A stretch of 64,000 nucleotides of DNA from Candidatus Doudnabacteria bacterium RIFCSPHIGHO2_01_FULL_46_24 (GTDB lineage: Bacteria > Patescibacteriota > Doudnabacteria > UBA920 > O2-02-FULL-48-8). Position numbers and translations under genes: made by a program. The notes under the pieces are model-generated. The model made no database searches. It was not told the DNA's origin and saw nothing but the letters and a program-made list of their open reading frames with translations. The stretch is from the NCBI GenBank assembly GCA_001777575.1, contig MFEL01000010.1, positions 84,661 through 148,660 on the forward strand, given 5' to 3'. The number at the start of each line of letters is the position of its first letter. Within the stretch, counting starts at the first letter, position 1. Shown piece after piece: positions 9,642-18,415 of the stretch.

Positions 9642-10627
9642 TGATTCAAAACGTAAGCGAAAATAAGCGGTGCTACAATTGTGGCGTCTGACTCAATCAC
9701 AAACCGAGGCGTCGTGACATCCAGCTTGCCCCAGGTGATTTTTTCATTGGGCACCGCGCCGCTGTAAGAGCCGTAAGAGGTGGTGGAATCCGAAATCTGG
9801 CAAAAATATCCCCAGAGCTTGCAGTTAACCTTCAGGTCCTGTTGAATCAGGGGCACCACGCAAATAGGAAAATCTCCGGCAATGCCGCCGCCGATCTGGA
9901 AAAATCCGACTAATTTTTCCTTAGTATTTTCCAGATACCAGTCAATCAGCGCGGACATCTGCTCCAGGCCGGACTTGATGATGTTGATATTCTTAATGTT
10001 TTCACCGTAGTAATTCTGTCCGCGGCCGCGGGTTAAGGCGACAAAAATGTTGCCCAAGGTTGAATCCTCGGTGCCCGGCGTCCAAATCGGCAAGTTTTTT
10101 TCGCAAGCGGCCACGACCCAGGAATCCTTGGGGTCAATCTGGTAAAATTCTTTGAGCATGCCCTCGCGGATCATCTGATACACATATTCATAATGAAAAA
10201 AACGCTCGCCTTTGTCATCGGCGCGTTTCCAGAGCTTGATGATCTGCTTTTCTATCCGCCGCATGGCTTCCTCTTCCGGAATGGTAGTGTCAGTTACCCG
10301 GTTGAGCCCCTTTTTCAGAAGTGCCACTTCATCATCAGGAGATAATTGCCGATAATGCGGGACGCGAACATAATGGTCGTGGGCGACCAGATTAAAAATA
10401 TCTTCTTCCAAGTTAGCTGCGGTACAGGTAATGGCGTGAACCTTGTCCTGGCGGATCATTTCCGCCAAAGACAGCCCGAGCTCCGCCGTGCTCATGGCCC
10501 CGGCCAGAGTAACCATCATTTTGTTGCCATCATTTAGAAACTTATCGTAAGCTTCCGCGGCATCAACAACTACCGCGGCGTTGAAATGCCGGTAGTGATG
10601 TTTGATGAAATCTTTTATTGTTCCCAT
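9638..10627 (-). CDS. Deoxyhypusine synthase-like protein (homospermidine synthase-like)
   Basis: The MMVTLAGAMSTAELG and HAITCTAANLEED regions are typical of the DHS family; 329 aa. Confidence 0.8.
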   Translation of the reverse strand: MGTIKDFIKHHYRHFNAAVVVDAAEAYDKFLNDGNKMMVTLAGAMSTAELGLSLAEMIRQDKVHAITCTAANLEEDIFNLVAHDHYVRVPHYRQLSPDDEVALLKKGLNRVTDTTIPEEEAMRRIEKQIIKLWKRADDKGERFFHYEYVYQMIREGMLKEFYQIDPKDSWVVAACEKNLPIWTPGTEDSTLGNIFVALTRGRGQNYYGENIKNINIIKSGLEQMSALIDWYLENTKEKLVGFFQIGGGIAGDFPICVVPLIQQDLKVNCKLWGYFCQISDSTTSYGSYSGAVPNEKITWGKLDVTTPRFVIESDATIVAPLIFAYVLNQ

Positions 10628-10649
10628 GTGAGCGGTTAAAAGTTAATAT

Positions 10650-12062
10650 TTACCATCCAAACTGTCTGCCCACGTCCTCTGCCGTCTCTCTCCTGCGCGC
10701 CACTTTGATTTCCCCATTTTGAGCAATAAGTTTCGCAGGCGAAGACAATAAGCAATGATGCGAAGCCAAGGCGTCCTGATACGCGCCAGTGTCAAAAAAC
10801 GCCACAAACAGCTCGTCACAATCCTCCAGCCGCGGCATGGGAATGTAGTCACCTCCAGCCGTGTATTTGTCATCCGAATCACAAGAAGAGCCGGCAAACC
10901 ACACCGGCTGCAGCTTGCGCGAATTCATGCAGTTGACCGGCACCACATGCCATTTCTGGTGGATGGCCCAGGTGTCCAAAAGATCATTCATGAAACTGCC
11001 ATCCACGACATACCATTTTTTATGGTTTTTGACGCTGACGTCTTTTTCGGTAATGATTTTATATATCGTGATCTGCGCCGGCGCTGCCACGTAACTCCCC
11101 CACTCCACAATTAAGTTCGGATGCCGGATACCCAGCTTGTCGCACTCTTTTTTGGCGGTTTTGACAATCTGATGAATCAAGCTCTTGCCGGAATAAAAAT
11201 GCTTTTTCTTCTCAAACGGAATGCCAGCCCCGCCGCCGATATCCAAGATCATCAACCCCGGGTTTTTTTCTTTCATCCCGGCAAACAACCGTAAAGCCCG
11301 TTTCAGGGGCTTGGTAAACCCCTTAATAGTGATGATCTGTTTGGAAATATGATAATGCAAAGTGGAAAGATTGCGAACCTTGCCGATCTTAAGCAATTCT
11401 TCTTCGGTAAATCCGTAACGGTTAAACTTCTTATCCCAATGCGCCTGGACTTTGATATCCAAATTCACCCGGATCCCCACCTCGCCCTTAAATTTCTTCA
11501 ACCGCTCCAGCTCGTTGTAGTCCTCGATGATCGGCACGACGATCAAGCCTTTGCCTTTCAGCTCCTCAATTAAGCTGATGTATTTTTCCGTTTTGGGACC
11601 GTTACAGATGACCCTGATCTTGCGGTTAAACTTGTCCTGCTCAATCATCCTCTTTACCAGATACAGCTCATTGGCCGAAGCTACGTCCAAGTTTGCGCCC
11701 TCGGCCACGGCCGGCAGCACGAATTCCTTGGTCTGGTTGGCCTTCATGGCATAATGGTAATAAAACCGGCCCTTGTAGCCTAAAATTTTGATATAGGCGT
11801 TAAAAGTTTCGATCAGGTCCCGCACGCGGTTCTCCATGATAGTTGGAAACACGATCTCAGTCGGGCTGCCGTATTTTTTTACCAAGTCATGGACATTGTA
11901 CTGGTAATTACCTTCCCTCACGATCAATTCGCCGTCAGGACCAATATCAAAATTCTGGGTGTTGAATTCTTCCAGCCCCAGCCGCCAAAATTTTTTGAAA
12001 CCGTTCTTCTTTTTTCTCTTCCTAACCGTTTGGTTCTTTTTCACTCGTTTATGATAAAGCAA
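10650..12062 (-). CDS. speA: PLP-dependent decarboxylase, fold III; probable arginine decarboxylase
   Basis: YAMKAN PLP-lysine motif, ILDIGGGAGIPF, and CDSDD substrate motif. Adjacent agmatinase supports the arginine-to-agmatine step. Confidence 0.7.
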   Translation of the reverse strand: MLYHKRVKKNQTVRKRKKKNGFKKFWRLGLEEFNTQNFDIGPDGELIVREGNYQYNVHDLVKKYGSPTEIVFPTIMENRVRDLIETFNAYIKILGYKGRFYYHYAMKANQTKEFVLPAVAEGANLDVASANELYLVKRMIEQDKFNRKIRVICNGPKTEKYISLIEELKGKGLIVVPIIEDYNELERLKKFKGEVGIRVNLDIKVQAHWDKKFNRYGFTEEELLKIGKVRNLSTLHYHISKQIITIKGFTKPLKRALRLFAGMKEKNPGLMILDIGGGAGIPFEKKKHFYSGKSLIHQIVKTAKKECDKLGIRHPNLIVEWGSYVAAPAQITIYKIITEKDVSVKNHKKWYVVDGSFMNDLLDTWAIHQKWHVVPVNCMNSRKLQPVWFAGSSCDSDDKYTAGGDYIPMPRLEDCDELFVAFFDTGAYQDALASHHCLLSSPAKLIAQNGEIKVARRRETAEDVGRQFGW

Positions 12063-12085
12063 TCGCAGGCATTGTCAAGCGCTTT

Positions 12086-12424
12086 TTACCTTTTTTTCTT
12101 TGCCAAGCGCGCACCTCGGCGCTGTAAAGTATCGCGCTTGTTTTTGAACTTTGTGATTTGCTCCCGAAGCTTGGGCATAACCAAATCAATTGCCGCGTAC
12201 ATATCTTCACCCAAAGCATCGGCGCGCAAAACTTTCCCGCCGGCAAACATGGTTACTTCGGCGCGAAAGACCAGGCCGCTCTGATGGTGGCGGTCGCGCT
12301 CCAGCTCGACCTTGGCCTCAATCGGGCCAAAAATAATCTTGCCCAGTCCCCCGATTTTTTCCTCGACGTACTGCTTAATCGAAGGCGTTAAATCCAGATG
12401 CGTGGCTTTGATTGATATGTTCAT
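12086..12424 (-). CDS. hpf: Ribosome hibernation promoting factor (HPF/RaiA)
   Basis: MNISIKATHLDLTPSIKQYVEEKIGGL... matches the S30AE family. Confidence 0.8.
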   Translation of the reverse strand: MNISIKATHLDLTPSIKQYVEEKIGGLGKIIFGPIEAKVELERDRHHQSGLVFRAEVTMFAGGKVLRADALGEDMYAAIDLVMPKLREQITKFKNKRDTLQRRGARLAKKKR

Positions 12425-12537
12425 CCCGTTTAGAAATTTAATTAATTAGTTTAAATTAAATTAGCGTTATTATCCCGTTCGACTTCCATTTGCCTGGAAA
12501 GCGGCGCCTGTAAATTTCTAACGGGATTCATGATGTT

Positions 12538-12729
12538 TTAGCGTATATCTCTATTTATATTTTTTTTGGTCCGAGCATCGCGGATGACCACGGCACCGGC
12601 GATTTTCCTAACAATCAACCGCTGATGCTCGCGCCAGGCTAAAGCCGCGATAATCTCCGCGGGAATTACCACTGACATGGATCTGGCATCGCCCACGCGG
12701 GTTAATTTTCTGATTTTATTTTTCGCCAT
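12538..12729 (-). CDS. Small AbrB/SpoVT-like (swapped-hairpin) DNA-binding protein
   Basis: 63 aa; KLTRVGDARSMSVVIPAEIIAAL resembles the looped-hinge helix fold. A perfect palindrome lies just upstream. Confidence 0.35.
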   Translation of the reverse strand: MAKNKIRKLTRVGDARSMSVVIPAEIIAALAWREHQRLIVRKIAGAVVIRDARTKKNINRDIR

Positions 12730-12750
12730 AGACTTTTTTGCTCAGTTCTT

Positions 12751-12774
12751 TAGTCATGAGCATGCTCATGACTA
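12751..12774. promoter_or_regulatory. Perfect 24-bp palindrome TAGTCATGAGCATGCTCATGACTA
   Basis: Seen directly, about 25 nt upstream of the AbrB-like gene start and downstream of the murB stop. Confidence 0.5.
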
Positions 12775-12804
12775 ATTTAATTCTAAAGTCATTTTTTATT
12801 CGCG

Positions 12805-13836
12805 TCAATCGAATTCTCCCACAAACAGCACTTCCTCTTTCAAATTTATCCCAAATTTTCCAAAAACGTTGGTTTTGATCATATCCGCAAGCGCCCTGAC
12901 CTCGCTTGCCTTGGCCTCGTCTAAATTGACCAAAGACAGGGAGTGCTTGGGCGAGATGCCGACCCTGCCCGCTTGATATCCTTTAGGGAACCCGGCTTCT
13001 TGCAGGAGTTTTGCAGCGGCAACCTTAACTCTGCTGCCGGGCATCTCCCAAAACCAATTGTCAACATCTTTAATCTTGAATCTTAAATCTTGAAACTTTT
13101 CGCGGCTTACCACCGGATTTTTGAAAAATGACCCTGCAGTTTTGTAGCATTCATATCCCGGCATGATCACATAGCCTTTGGAGGCGCGAATCTCAATCAC
13201 AGCTTTTCTGGCCTCGGCGAGCGTGGGTTTTTGGCCCTCAAAACGCCTTTGCAAATCCTGATAGGCGATGAAGGGCGCCGCGCCGGAATTCAGCTCAAGC
13301 TCAAGGCTTGTGACAATAAATTTGCCTGGGTTTTTCTTAAAGTGGCTGCTGCGGTACTCAAACTCGCAAGCAGCGGCATCAAAAACTTCCTTTTTGCCAT
13401 CCTTAATCCTTAATCCTTCAACCTTAACAACTCGATCTCCCACGGTTTGCCCGTAAGCGCCGATATTCTGGACCACCGCGCCGCCAGCCGTTCCCGGCAC
13501 GCCGGATAAGCACTCAATCCCCTGCAAATTGCTTTCAACCGCCAGTGCCGCGACATCATCCCAGTTTTCCCCCGCCCCTACCTTAATTATTCCATCTTGT
13601 ATCTTTAATCTTAAATCTTTAATCTTATTCTGGATCACCAGTCCATCAAACCCTGCATCACTGAGCAATATATTGCTCCCGCCGCCCAAAACGAATATCG
13701 ACAAATTCTCTTGCAGCGCAAAATCCAACGCCTCACATGCCATTTGAGCCGTTTGAACTTCCACAAAATAGCGCGCCTGCGCATCGATTTCAAAAGTATT
13801 CAATGTTTTTAGAGAATAATTTTCTAGGATATGCAT
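12805..13836 (-). CDS. murB: UDP-N-acetylenolpyruvoylglucosamine reductase
   Basis: FAD-binding VLGGGSNILL motif and MurB-like C-terminal domain. Confidence 0.85.
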   Translation of the reverse strand: MHILENYSLKTLNTFEIDAQARYFVEVQTAQMACEALDFALQENLSIFVLGGGSNILLSDAGFDGLVIQNKIKDLRLKIQDGIIKVGAGENWDDVAALAVESNLQGIECLSGVPGTAGGAVVQNIGAYGQTVGDRVVKVEGLRIKDGKKEVFDAAACEFEYRSSHFKKNPGKFIVTSLELELNSGAAPFIAYQDLQRRFEGQKPTLAEARKAVIEIRASKGYVIMPGYECYKTAGSFFKNPVVSREKFQDLRFKIKDVDNWFWEMPGSRVKVAAAKLLQEAGFPKGYQAGRVGISPKHSLSLVNLDEAKASEVRALADMIKTNVFGKFGINLKEEVLFVGEFD

Positions 13837-15179
13837 ATTTTCCTCGCTAACAAATCTATATCGCCGGCGCCCATAAACATCACTATATCAAAATCCTTGA
13901 TTTTCGACTTTACAATTTGTTCTGTTTTGTCCAGGTCTTCTGCATACTCAGCTTTTACACCTAGCTTAACCAGCTCAACCACCAAATCCTTGGAGCTTAT
14001 CTGTTCGCCATGCTCGCGGCCTGCCACTTCAAAAATTTCCGGCACGATCACGTCTTGAGTATGACTCAAGGCCTCCACGAATTCGCCGAACAATTTCTTT
14101 GTCCGGTTTCTATGGTGTGGCTGAAAAACAAGCAACACTTTCTCTCCTGGATAAAATTCTTTGGCCGCCTCCAAAGTACCTAAAACAGCGGCTGGGTGGT
14201 GACCATAGTCCGAGATAACCATAGCGCTTCCCAACTTGCCGACAGTTTCAAATCTCCGCCAAGTGCCGGCAAAATCAGCCAGAACTCTCTGGATTACTTT
14301 TATGTCAACTCCCAGTTTGATTGCAGCCAGCGCTGCGCCTAGTGCATTAGAAATATTAAACAAGCCCGGCACTTGCATTTCAAAAATGGCGATTTTTTCA
14401 TCGTCATAATGCACGTCAAATGTCTGCCGGCCATTTTCAGTCTTCAAATTCAAAGCCTGTAAATCCGCGTAGTGGTGAATCCCGAAAGAAAACTTATGGC
14501 AACGGCAGTGATGAATGACGTCTACGGTATTGTGATCGTCAGCGTTAAAAACCACGATCCCGTCTGAAGGCAGTGACTTGATATATTCGATAAAAGCATT
14601 TTTGATGTCCTGCAAATCTTTGTAGCAATCCAGGTGGTCCTCTGCGACATTGGTCAGCACGATCATTTTTGGTTTGGTGGCCAGCATTTTTCTTTGATAC
14701 TCATCCGCCTCGGCCACTACATACTCCCCGCTTCCCAGACGGGCATTGGCCTTGAACTTTCCGGTTTCGTTGACCACTGACAGTTTGGTGCCAATGACCA
14801 CGGTCGGATCCACTCCCGCTCTGTCTAAGATCAGCCCCAAAAGCGCGGCTGTAGTGGACTTTCCATTTGTACCCGTCACCCCAATCCCGTATTTACCCTC
14901 CATTGCTTGCCCAATGGCCTCCCCTTGGCTCATCTTGGGCAATTTTATATCATTGAGCTCGCTCTCGGGAACGGCTGAACTGTAGATGACCAAATCCGGA
15001 TTGCCCACGATCCTGTTTGAGCCGATAAAAATTTGCAAACCCAGTTTTGCCAATTCATCGGTGATCTCGGATGCTTTCAGATCACAACCGCTGACTTGCT
15101 TGCCGGAAGCCAAATACAGCCGGGCCAGAGCCGACATGCCAATTCCTCCGATGCCAATTAAATAAATTTTATTCGCCAT
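13824..15179 (-). CDS. murC: UDP-N-acetylmuramate--L-alanine ligase
   Basis: GIGGIGMSALA and GTNGKSTT motifs. Confidence 0.9.
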   Translation of the reverse strand: MANKIYLIGIGGIGMSALARLYLASGKQVSGCDLKASEITDELAKLGLQIFIGSNRIVGNPDLVIYSSAVPESELNDIKLPKMSQGEAIGQAMEGKYGIGVTGTNGKSTTAALLGLILDRAGVDPTVVIGTKLSVVNETGKFKANARLGSGEYVVAEADEYQRKMLATKPKMIVLTNVAEDHLDCYKDLQDIKNAFIEYIKSLPSDGIVVFNADDHNTVDVIHHCRCHKFSFGIHHYADLQALNLKTENGRQTFDVHYDDEKIAIFEMQVPGLFNISNALGAALAAIKLGVDIKVIQRVLADFAGTWRRFETVGKLGSAMVISDYGHHPAAVLGTLEAAKEFYPGEKVLLVFQPHHRNRTKKLFGEFVEALSHTQDVIVPEIFEVAGREHGEQISSKDLVVELVKLGVKAEYAEDLDKTEQIVKSKIKDFDIVMFMGAGDIDLLARKICIS

Positions 15180-16140
15180 AACTTTCGATCAATTTCTTAA
15201 TTTGGGGCAAGGCTTGCTTCGCCGTCTTCCGACCTTCCAAATAAATCTTCTCCAGGCTCTTGAAGTTAATTTTACCATAGTGTTTGACTCTCGGCTCAAG
15301 CATCAGATCGCAGGCCATATCGGATTCTTGCCATTGCTTGGAGATGACCATGGCATGATCCAAGGCCTTGGTCAACACGGTCAAAACACCTGGAATCTTG
15401 ATATCAGTTTCTTCCAAAAGATCAGACTGGGAATCAAATTGAAAAAAAATCCTCGAAGAAAACTTGGTTAAAATTTTCTCCCGGATGTATTGCAACCCCA
15501 AAAAACGCGTTATGAATCTGTACCCCCGCCAAATTGGCAGCTTGTTCTCATAAATGAATTTATCGGCGGCCAAGTTGACGCCGATTACGATGTCAGCGCC
15601 CATTTCCTTCGTCGGAATGGTCGGCACGATATTGGCCAGCCCACCGTCAACTAAGATTTTATTGCCCCAAACCACGGGCTCAAACAGACCCGGCACCGCG
15701 ACCGAGGCCTTGAAGGCCTTAGTCATATCCCCCATGCTTAACGTCACCAGCTCGCCACTCTCCAAGTCCGTGGCGGTAAAGCCTAAGCGGGGGTAGACAT
15801 CTTCGAAATTCATCCCTTTGGTAAATTTCTTGATCTCGTCGTCCGCGTTATGCAAATGGAACAAACCGCCCTTGCTGTTCTTTGCCGACCAAAGCTTAAG
15901 CAGGCTGCGGAGATTGAGTTTGTAAAACAGGTCCTTGAGCTGTTCCATCGTCCCAGTCGCGTAGCTGACCGCGATCAGGGCCCCTGATGAACACCCAACC
16001 ATATAGTCAACCGGGATTTGATTTTCCCTCAAAACCTCCAAAATGCCAATATGGGCAATCGCCCTGCCCGAAGCGCCGGACAAGGCCACTCCGATTTTAG
16101 GCCTGGTCTTTTCCAACCCGTTAGAAATTTGTGAGGACAT
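15169..16140 (-). CDS. Patatin-like phospholipase
   Basis: Oxyanion hole GASGRA, nucleophile elbow GCSSGA (GxSxG), and a catalytic Asp region. Confidence 0.8.
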   Translation of the reverse strand: MSSQISNGLEKTRPKIGVALSGASGRAIAHIGILEVLRENQIPVDYMVGCSSGALIAVSYATGTMEQLKDLFYKLNLRSLLKLWSAKNSKGGLFHLHNADDEIKKFTKGMNFEDVYPRLGFTATDLESGELVTLSMGDMTKAFKASVAVPGLFEPVVWGNKILVDGGLANIVPTIPTKEMGADIVIGVNLAADKFIYENKLPIWRGYRFITRFLGLQYIREKILTKFSSRIFFQFDSQSDLLEETDIKIPGVLTVLTKALDHAMVISKQWQESDMACDLMLEPRVKHYGKINFKSLEKIYLEGRKTAKQALPQIKKLIESYGE

Positions 16141-16211
16141 AGATTAGAGCGATAAAAAATAAATTATTATTAGCCAGGTCAATAAAACTAGCGGCATCTG
16201 TAACGAGATTT

Positions 16212-17312
16212 CTAACGGGTTCCATTGACGGTTTTAATGATTAATTTCGCCAACCTTGCCGCGGCATCCTTGGGCATCAGTCTGGAGATATTTTCCGAAA
16301 GCAATTTCTGCCGCTGGGGATTGAATTTAAGGCTGTTGACAATGTTCGGCAGGTCAACGGGGTTGAACTCTCGCTCGTCTAAAACTACTGCGGAAACGGT
16401 ATGGCGCAAGATGGTGGCGTTTTCTTCTTGGTGCGTGCCGAACATGGGCACGATTAAGGCAATTTTGCCCAAAGCCGAAAGTTCGGTGATGGTCGAAAGC
16501 CCGCCGCGGGCAATAACTATATCAGCCAGTCTCAAAGCTGTCGCGTATTTATCGAATGGGGTAATCAATTCATATTGATGATAATCGGGATGGATAAAAT
16601 CAATGCTCTTGCCGGTTCCGGTTTGATGGACGACTTGGTGGGATTTCAAAAGCTCGGGCAGGCACGCCCGGATCACATCATTAATCTGTACCGCGCCGGT
16701 TGCCCCTCCGAGGATCAAAAGCAGGGGCAATTTGTCATGCAGATTCAACACTTTCCGGTCCGGGGCGGCATTTTTGGCAAATTCTGAGCGGAACGGGTTG
16801 CCGACCCACTCCGCGCGATTTTTGGGATTTTTGGCGAATAAACCCGAACCAACGTAAAAATTCTTGGCCGAATATTCAAACGCGGTAGTGATGATATCGG
16901 CTATTGGCGCGATCAATTTATTGGTCAGGCTAATTCTGACATCCTGCTGATGAATGATGATCTTGGCCTTATGCAATTTCGCAATCCAACAAATCGGCAC
17001 AGCCACAAACCCGCCGGCGCTGAAGACGGCATCAGGCTGAAAGGAATTGACAAGCCGCCAGGCGGAAATCAGCGAAGCGATAAACACCAAGGGAACAAAT
17101 AAGTTTTTCAGCGAAAAATACCGCCGAAACTTGGCTGCTGGCATGGCTCGAAAAGGAATCCCAAAATCCGAAACCAACTTTTGCTCCATTCCGCCTTTGG
17201 TGCCTATGAACAAAAATTCGCTCCTGGGCTTGAATTTTTTTATTTCTTGGGCCACGGCTAAGACCGGAGTCACCGGTCCGCCTGATCCGCCGCCCGCCAA
17301 TAATATTTTCAT
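16212..17312 (-). CDS. murG: MurG-like UDP-GlcNAc:lipid I N-acetylglucosaminyltransferase (GT28)
   Basis: MKILLAGGGSGGPVTP N-terminus and GT28 architecture, in a mur operon context. Confidence 0.8.
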   Translation of the reverse strand: MKILLAGGGSGGPVTPVLAVAQEIKKFKPRSEFLFIGTKGGMEQKLVSDFGIPFRAMPAAKFRRYFSLKNLFVPLVFIASLISAWRLVNSFQPDAVFSAGGFVAVPICWIAKLHKAKIIIHQQDVRISLTNKLIAPIADIITTAFEYSAKNFYVGSGLFAKNPKNRAEWVGNPFRSEFAKNAAPDRKVLNLHDKLPLLLILGGATGAVQINDVIRACLPELLKSHQVVHQTGTGKSIDFIHPDYHQYELITPFDKYATALRLADIVIARGGLSTITELSALGKIALIVPMFGTHQEENATILRHTVSAVVLDEREFNPVDLPNIVNSLKFNPQRQKLLSENISRLMPKDAAARLAKLIIKTVNGTR

Positions 17313-18415
17313 ATCACGTTTTCATATATCTTAATCGTATCCTCGGCCGCTTTTTTCCAGCTAAAATGCCGGATCCGGCTTAAGGCCAAATTCGCTAATT
17401 CTTCCCGTTTTTTTCCGTCAGATAAAATGTCCCTTATGACATCAGCCATGTTATCGGCGTTGTTTGGATCAAAGTATTCTGCCCCCTGCTCCATAACTTC
17501 GCGCAGGGTCGAAATGTCCGAACAAGCAATTGGCGTCCCGCAGGCCGCCGCTTCCAACACAGTCAAACCAAAACCTTCAGAGATCGAAGGTAAGACAAAA
17601 AGGTCAGCCGCATTATATAAGTATAGCAAGTCCTCGTCAGAAACCCGTCCCGGCATGATTAATGATTCGTGATACGTGATACGTGATACGTGATCCTTAA
17701 TTTCCGGATAATACAAGTCTGGCTCGCCGGCCAAAACAAGCTGGAAATCTAAGCCCCTCTCCTTAAGTTTATCGAATGCCAAAGCTAAATTGGGCAGGTT
17801 CTTATATCGCCGCCAAACCCCGACATACAATATATAGGGCTTGGAGATGCCGAATTTTTTCGAAACATATTCGAATGCCGCTTGTTTGTCCAGCATTTTG
17901 TAGCTTGGGTTTGCTGCTTCATAAACAACTTCGATTTTGGTTTCTGGAATCCTAAAAAATTTCGCTACTTGATTCTTGGTTGACTGGGAGACAGTAATAA
18001 TTTTCTTCGATGAACGAAGCGCGTTGAACATAACGAGGTTGTAAGCTAAGCGCTTAAACCATCGCGATTTTTTCTTGCCCGGGATCAAAGTGTGAGTCAA
18101 GTCGTGGATAGTCACGACAAAAGATTTGCGGTACAAAATCGGCACATTAAAATGCGGGAAGTGGACCAAATCAAGCTTTTCAGCTCTTAAAATTTGCGGC
18201 AGATGGAACTGCTCGGCGTATGAATAATGCGGAATGCCCGTGATGACGATCTGGTGGCCATATTGTCCGTAGTCAGCCGACTTATCAGCTTCTTTGAAGA
18301 ACAAAACATACTGATTACGCCTGTCCTGCCGTAAAATTTCATGCGAAAGCTCCGAGATATATCGATCTATCCCCGACCCCCCTCCCAGCATCCTCAAATC
18401 CAAGCCAATCTTCAT
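17309..18415 (-). CDS. Glycosyltransferase family 4
   Basis: EGFGLTVLEAAACGTPIACSD (EX7E-type GT4 motif). Contains a heptanucleotide tandem repeat at 17668-17694. Confidence 0.8.
   Translation of the reverse strand: MKIGLDLRMLGGGSGIDRYISELSHEILRQDRRNQYVLFFKEADKSADYGQYGHQIVITGIPHYSYAEQFHLPQILRAEKLDLVHFPHFNVPILYRKSFVVTIHDLTHTLIPGKKKSRWFKRLAYNLVMFNALRSSKKIITVSQSTKNQVAKFFRIPETKIEVVYEAANPSYKMLDKQAAFEYVSKKFGISKPYILYVGVWRRYKNLPNLALAFDKLKERGLDFQLVLAGEPDLYYPEIKDHVSRITYHESLIMPGRVSDEDLLYLYNAADLFVLPSISEGFGLTVLEAAACGTPIACSDISTLREVMEQGAEYFDPNNADNMADVIRDILSDGKKREELANLALSRIRHFSWKKAAEDTIKIYENVI
17668..17694. repeat. Heptanucleotide tandem repeat (CGTGATA) of about 3.9 copies inside the GT4 coding sequence
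   Basis: cgtgatacgtgatacgtgatacgtgat, which encodes HVSRITYH. Confidence 0.8.

Noticed and set aside
10643-10897. 84-aa minus-strand ORF overlapping the 3' end of the decarboxylase gene, and similar short nested ORFs listed throughout the track
   Set aside because: They lie entirely within well-supported genes in alternative frames, with no independent signals.
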